The notes under the pieces: model-generated | What the model was told of the DNA's origin: nothing | Database searches by the model: none | Seen by the model: only the letters and a program-made list of their open reading frames with translations | Program-made: the position numbers and the translations under genes | Shown: positions 59,536 through 61,285 of the stretch, piece after piece | Numbering within the stretch: position 1 is the stretch's first letter | Layout: every line of letters starts with the position of its first letter | Source of the DNA: Candidatus Nomurabacteria bacterium | GTDB lineage: Bacteria; Patescibacteriota; Minisyncoccia; Phycocordibacterales; JACOZG01 | Assembly (NCBI GenBank): GCA_020847275.1 | Contig: JADLCI010000006.1 | Coordinates: 1-61,285 of the forward strand | Direction of reading: 5' to 3' | DNA: 61,285 bases

Positions 59536-61065
59536 TTATCTGGCGTATTCAATCACACGACTTTCTCGGATAACTGTCACCTTTATTTCGCCTGGGTATT
59601 TTAATTCTTGTTCCACTCGGAGGGCAATCTCTCGGGCCAATTTTTGGGCTTCTAGGTCGCCTATTTCTTGTGGTTTCACGAAGACACGAATTTCTCGGCC
59701 CGCTTGGATGGCATAGACACGCTCAATTCCCGGGAAAGTGTTCGCCAGATCTTCTAATTCCTTCAAACGTTTTATGTAATTCTCTATGCTGTCGCGGCGA
59801 GCGCCTGGCCTTGCGCCACTGATGGCATCGGCCGCCTGCACAATTCGAGATTCTAGGGTTTCGTAGGGGTATTCTTCGTGGTGGGCTTGCATTGCCTTAA
59901 CCACCTCTGGCGAAGCACCAAATTTTTCTAGAATTCTTTTGCCGATTTCTACGTGAGTGCCAGGCACTTCGTGGTCTACGGCTTTGCCGATGTCGTGGAG
60001 TAATGCTCCAGCGCGGGCCACGGTGGGGTCGGCTCCTAATTCTTCAGCGAGCATTCCCGCCAAGTGGGCCATTTCCACCGAGTGTTGTAGTACGTTCTGG
60101 CCATAGCTTGAACGGAAATGTAATCTTCCGAGAATTAAGGTGATGCGTGGATCTAGGTTGAAGACGCCAGCTTCATAGGCCGCTGCCTCTCCCTTTTGTT
60201 TAATCGTTTGTGCAATTGTTTCCCTTGCTTTCTCCACCATTTCTTCAATTTTGGCAGGTTGGATACGGCCGTCAGCGATGAGGTCGATCAGGGCCGTTTT
60301 TGCAACCTGTCGGCGAACAGGGTCGAATGAAGAAAGGGTCACTGTTCCTGGTGTGTCGTCGATGATGACTTCTACGCCGGTCGCCTTCTCAAACGCGCGA
60401 ATATTGCGACCTTCTTTGCCGATAATTTTTCCCTTGATGTCGTCCGAGGGAATTTCCACTGTTGTCGCAAGCACCTCTGGTATGCTGGAATTAGCGAGAC
60501 GTTGAATAATCGTCGTGAGGATTTCCCGTCCTTTCGTTTCTAATTTGTCGTTATGTTCAATCGTCAGTTTTCTCATCCGCGCAAGCAGGTCTTCCTCGGC
60601 TTTTTTCTCTACGAGGCGGATAATTTCTTCCCTGGCTTCTTCGGGTGACAATTGTGCTACGTGGCGTAGTTTTTGTTCACGCTCCTCTTCAAGGGCGGAG
60701 ATTCTTTCCCTGACCCGTTCCATCTCTTCTGCGCGCGTTTTCAGGTTTTCTTTTTCTTGTTCGAGATCCGTTTGTCGTTTATCCAGCAAATCATCTTTCT
60801 TTAGCAGACGTTCTTCGCGGGTTTTTAGCTCGATTTCTTTTTGTTTCTCAACTTCCTTGATTTCCTTTAATTTTTCTGCCACCTCCTCTTCTGCGTTGTC
60901 TATAATTTTTTGGGCCTGATCTTTAGCCTCAAACATCATCTGTTTGATGGTTAATTCCATCGAGCCCTTCTGTCCTAGGGTGATTAGCCAGCGGAGAAAG
61001 TAGCCAAGGACGAGACCAGCGAAGGCCGCCGTCCCGGTGATAAGCACCAGGGTGAATAATGACAT
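59536..61065 (-). CDS. rny: ribonuclease Y
   Basis: N-terminal TM plus coiled coil, KGKIIGKEGRNIR KH domain, LLHDIGKA HD domain, YAIQAGREIRVFV. Confidence 0.97.
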   Translation of the reverse strand: MSLFTLVLITGTAAFAGLVLGYFLRWLITLGQKGSMELTIKQMMFEAKDQAQKIIDNAEEEVAEKLKEIKEVEKQKEIELKTREERLLKKDDLLDKRQTDLEQEKENLKTRAEEMERVRERISALEEEREQKLRHVAQLSPEEAREEIIRLVEKKAEEDLLARMRKLTIEHNDKLETKGREILTTIIQRLANSSIPEVLATTVEIPSDDIKGKIIGKEGRNIRAFEKATGVEVIIDDTPGTVTLSSFDPVRRQVAKTALIDLIADGRIQPAKIEEMVEKARETIAQTIKQKGEAAAYEAGVFNLDPRITLILGRLHFRSSYGQNVLQHSVEMAHLAGMLAEELGADPTVARAGALLHDIGKAVDHEVPGTHVEIGKRILEKFGASPEVVKAMQAHHEEYPYETLESRIVQAADAISGARPGARRDSIENYIKRLKELEDLANTFPGIERVYAIQAGREIRVFVKPQEIGDLEAQKLAREIALRVEQELKYPGEIKVTVIRESRVIEYAR

Positions 61066-61161
61066 AAACAGTTTTTGGTTCTAGAGGAGAACATTAGTAA
61101 AGTTTGACATATCCACTCTAACAAATTGTGTTTACCTTGTCTAACCTTTATAATTAAACCC

Positions 61162-61285
61162 ATGAAACCCCTCTTTCTCCTCCTCCTCGCTTTTCTCCTC
61201 TCCACCAACCTCACTTACGCCGCTTGGGAACTGCCAACGGCCACCCCACCAAACGGCAACCCTGATGTCCCCGTGAACACTGGTC
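61162..61285 (+). CDS. N-terminus of a secreted, probably large surface protein (partial; not in ORF track)
   Basis: MKPLFLLLLAFLLSTNLTYA-AWELPTATPPNGNPDVPVNTG...; TATAAT 7 nt upstream; runs off the window. Confidence 0.7.
   Translation, partial: MKPLFLLLLAFLLSTNLTYAAWELPTATPPNGNPDVPVNTG

Noticed and set aside
109-61214. Numerous 60-186 aa ORFs in the track antisense to or nested in confident genes (e.g. 1266-1619, 15164-15610, 15490-15753, 18884-19366, 22253-22750, 42687-43247, 54843-55166)
   Set aside because: Shadow ORFs: they overlap well-supported genes or RNAs, lack initiation signals and have no protein-like motifs.
1-61285. CRISPR array, transposase, prophage, rRNA, reverse transcriptase
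   Set aside because: No regularly spaced direct repeats or diagnostic motifs were seen by eye on either strand.

Overview
A 61.3-kb core-chromosome window spanning the replication origin (dnaN-oriC-dnaA / rpmH-rnpA-yidC, near 27 kb). The organism is most likely Candidatus Patescibacteria (Parcubacteria-like). This is an inference from gene content: pilMNO and pilB, a short polA, a short holA, and a chromosomal PrgI/VirB4/VirB6/pilin block with no relaxase. The window holds about 75 CDS (repair, recombination, translation, peptidoglycan), 12 tRNAs, DnaA boxes and parS-like sites. There is no rRNA, CRISPR array, transposase or reverse transcriptase. The most interesting signals lie outside the supplied ORF track. 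(1) A self-contained + strand unit at 11.8-12.3 kb: promoter, ~300-nt highly structured RNA, 47-aa microprotein, terminator. (2) Further promoter-defined structured RNAs at 7.3 kb (~135 nt), 17.6-17.8 kb (~200 nt, 6S-like) and possibly 52.6 kb. (3) A stand-alone gene at 22.3-23.0 kb whose 3' end has the codon signature of a DGR variable region, preceded by a leader ORF with a -1 slippery site. (4) Two peptidoglycan enzymes whose membrane anchor or signal peptide is encoded upstream of any ATG/GTG/TTG, implying ATC/ATT starts. (5) Several unannotated microproteins (ultra-acidic, highly basic, single-TM). (6) Leaderless core genes versus Shine-Dalgarno-led single-gene accessory cassettes, including a PEP-CTERM protein. 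All calls were made by eye; no database search or folding program was run.
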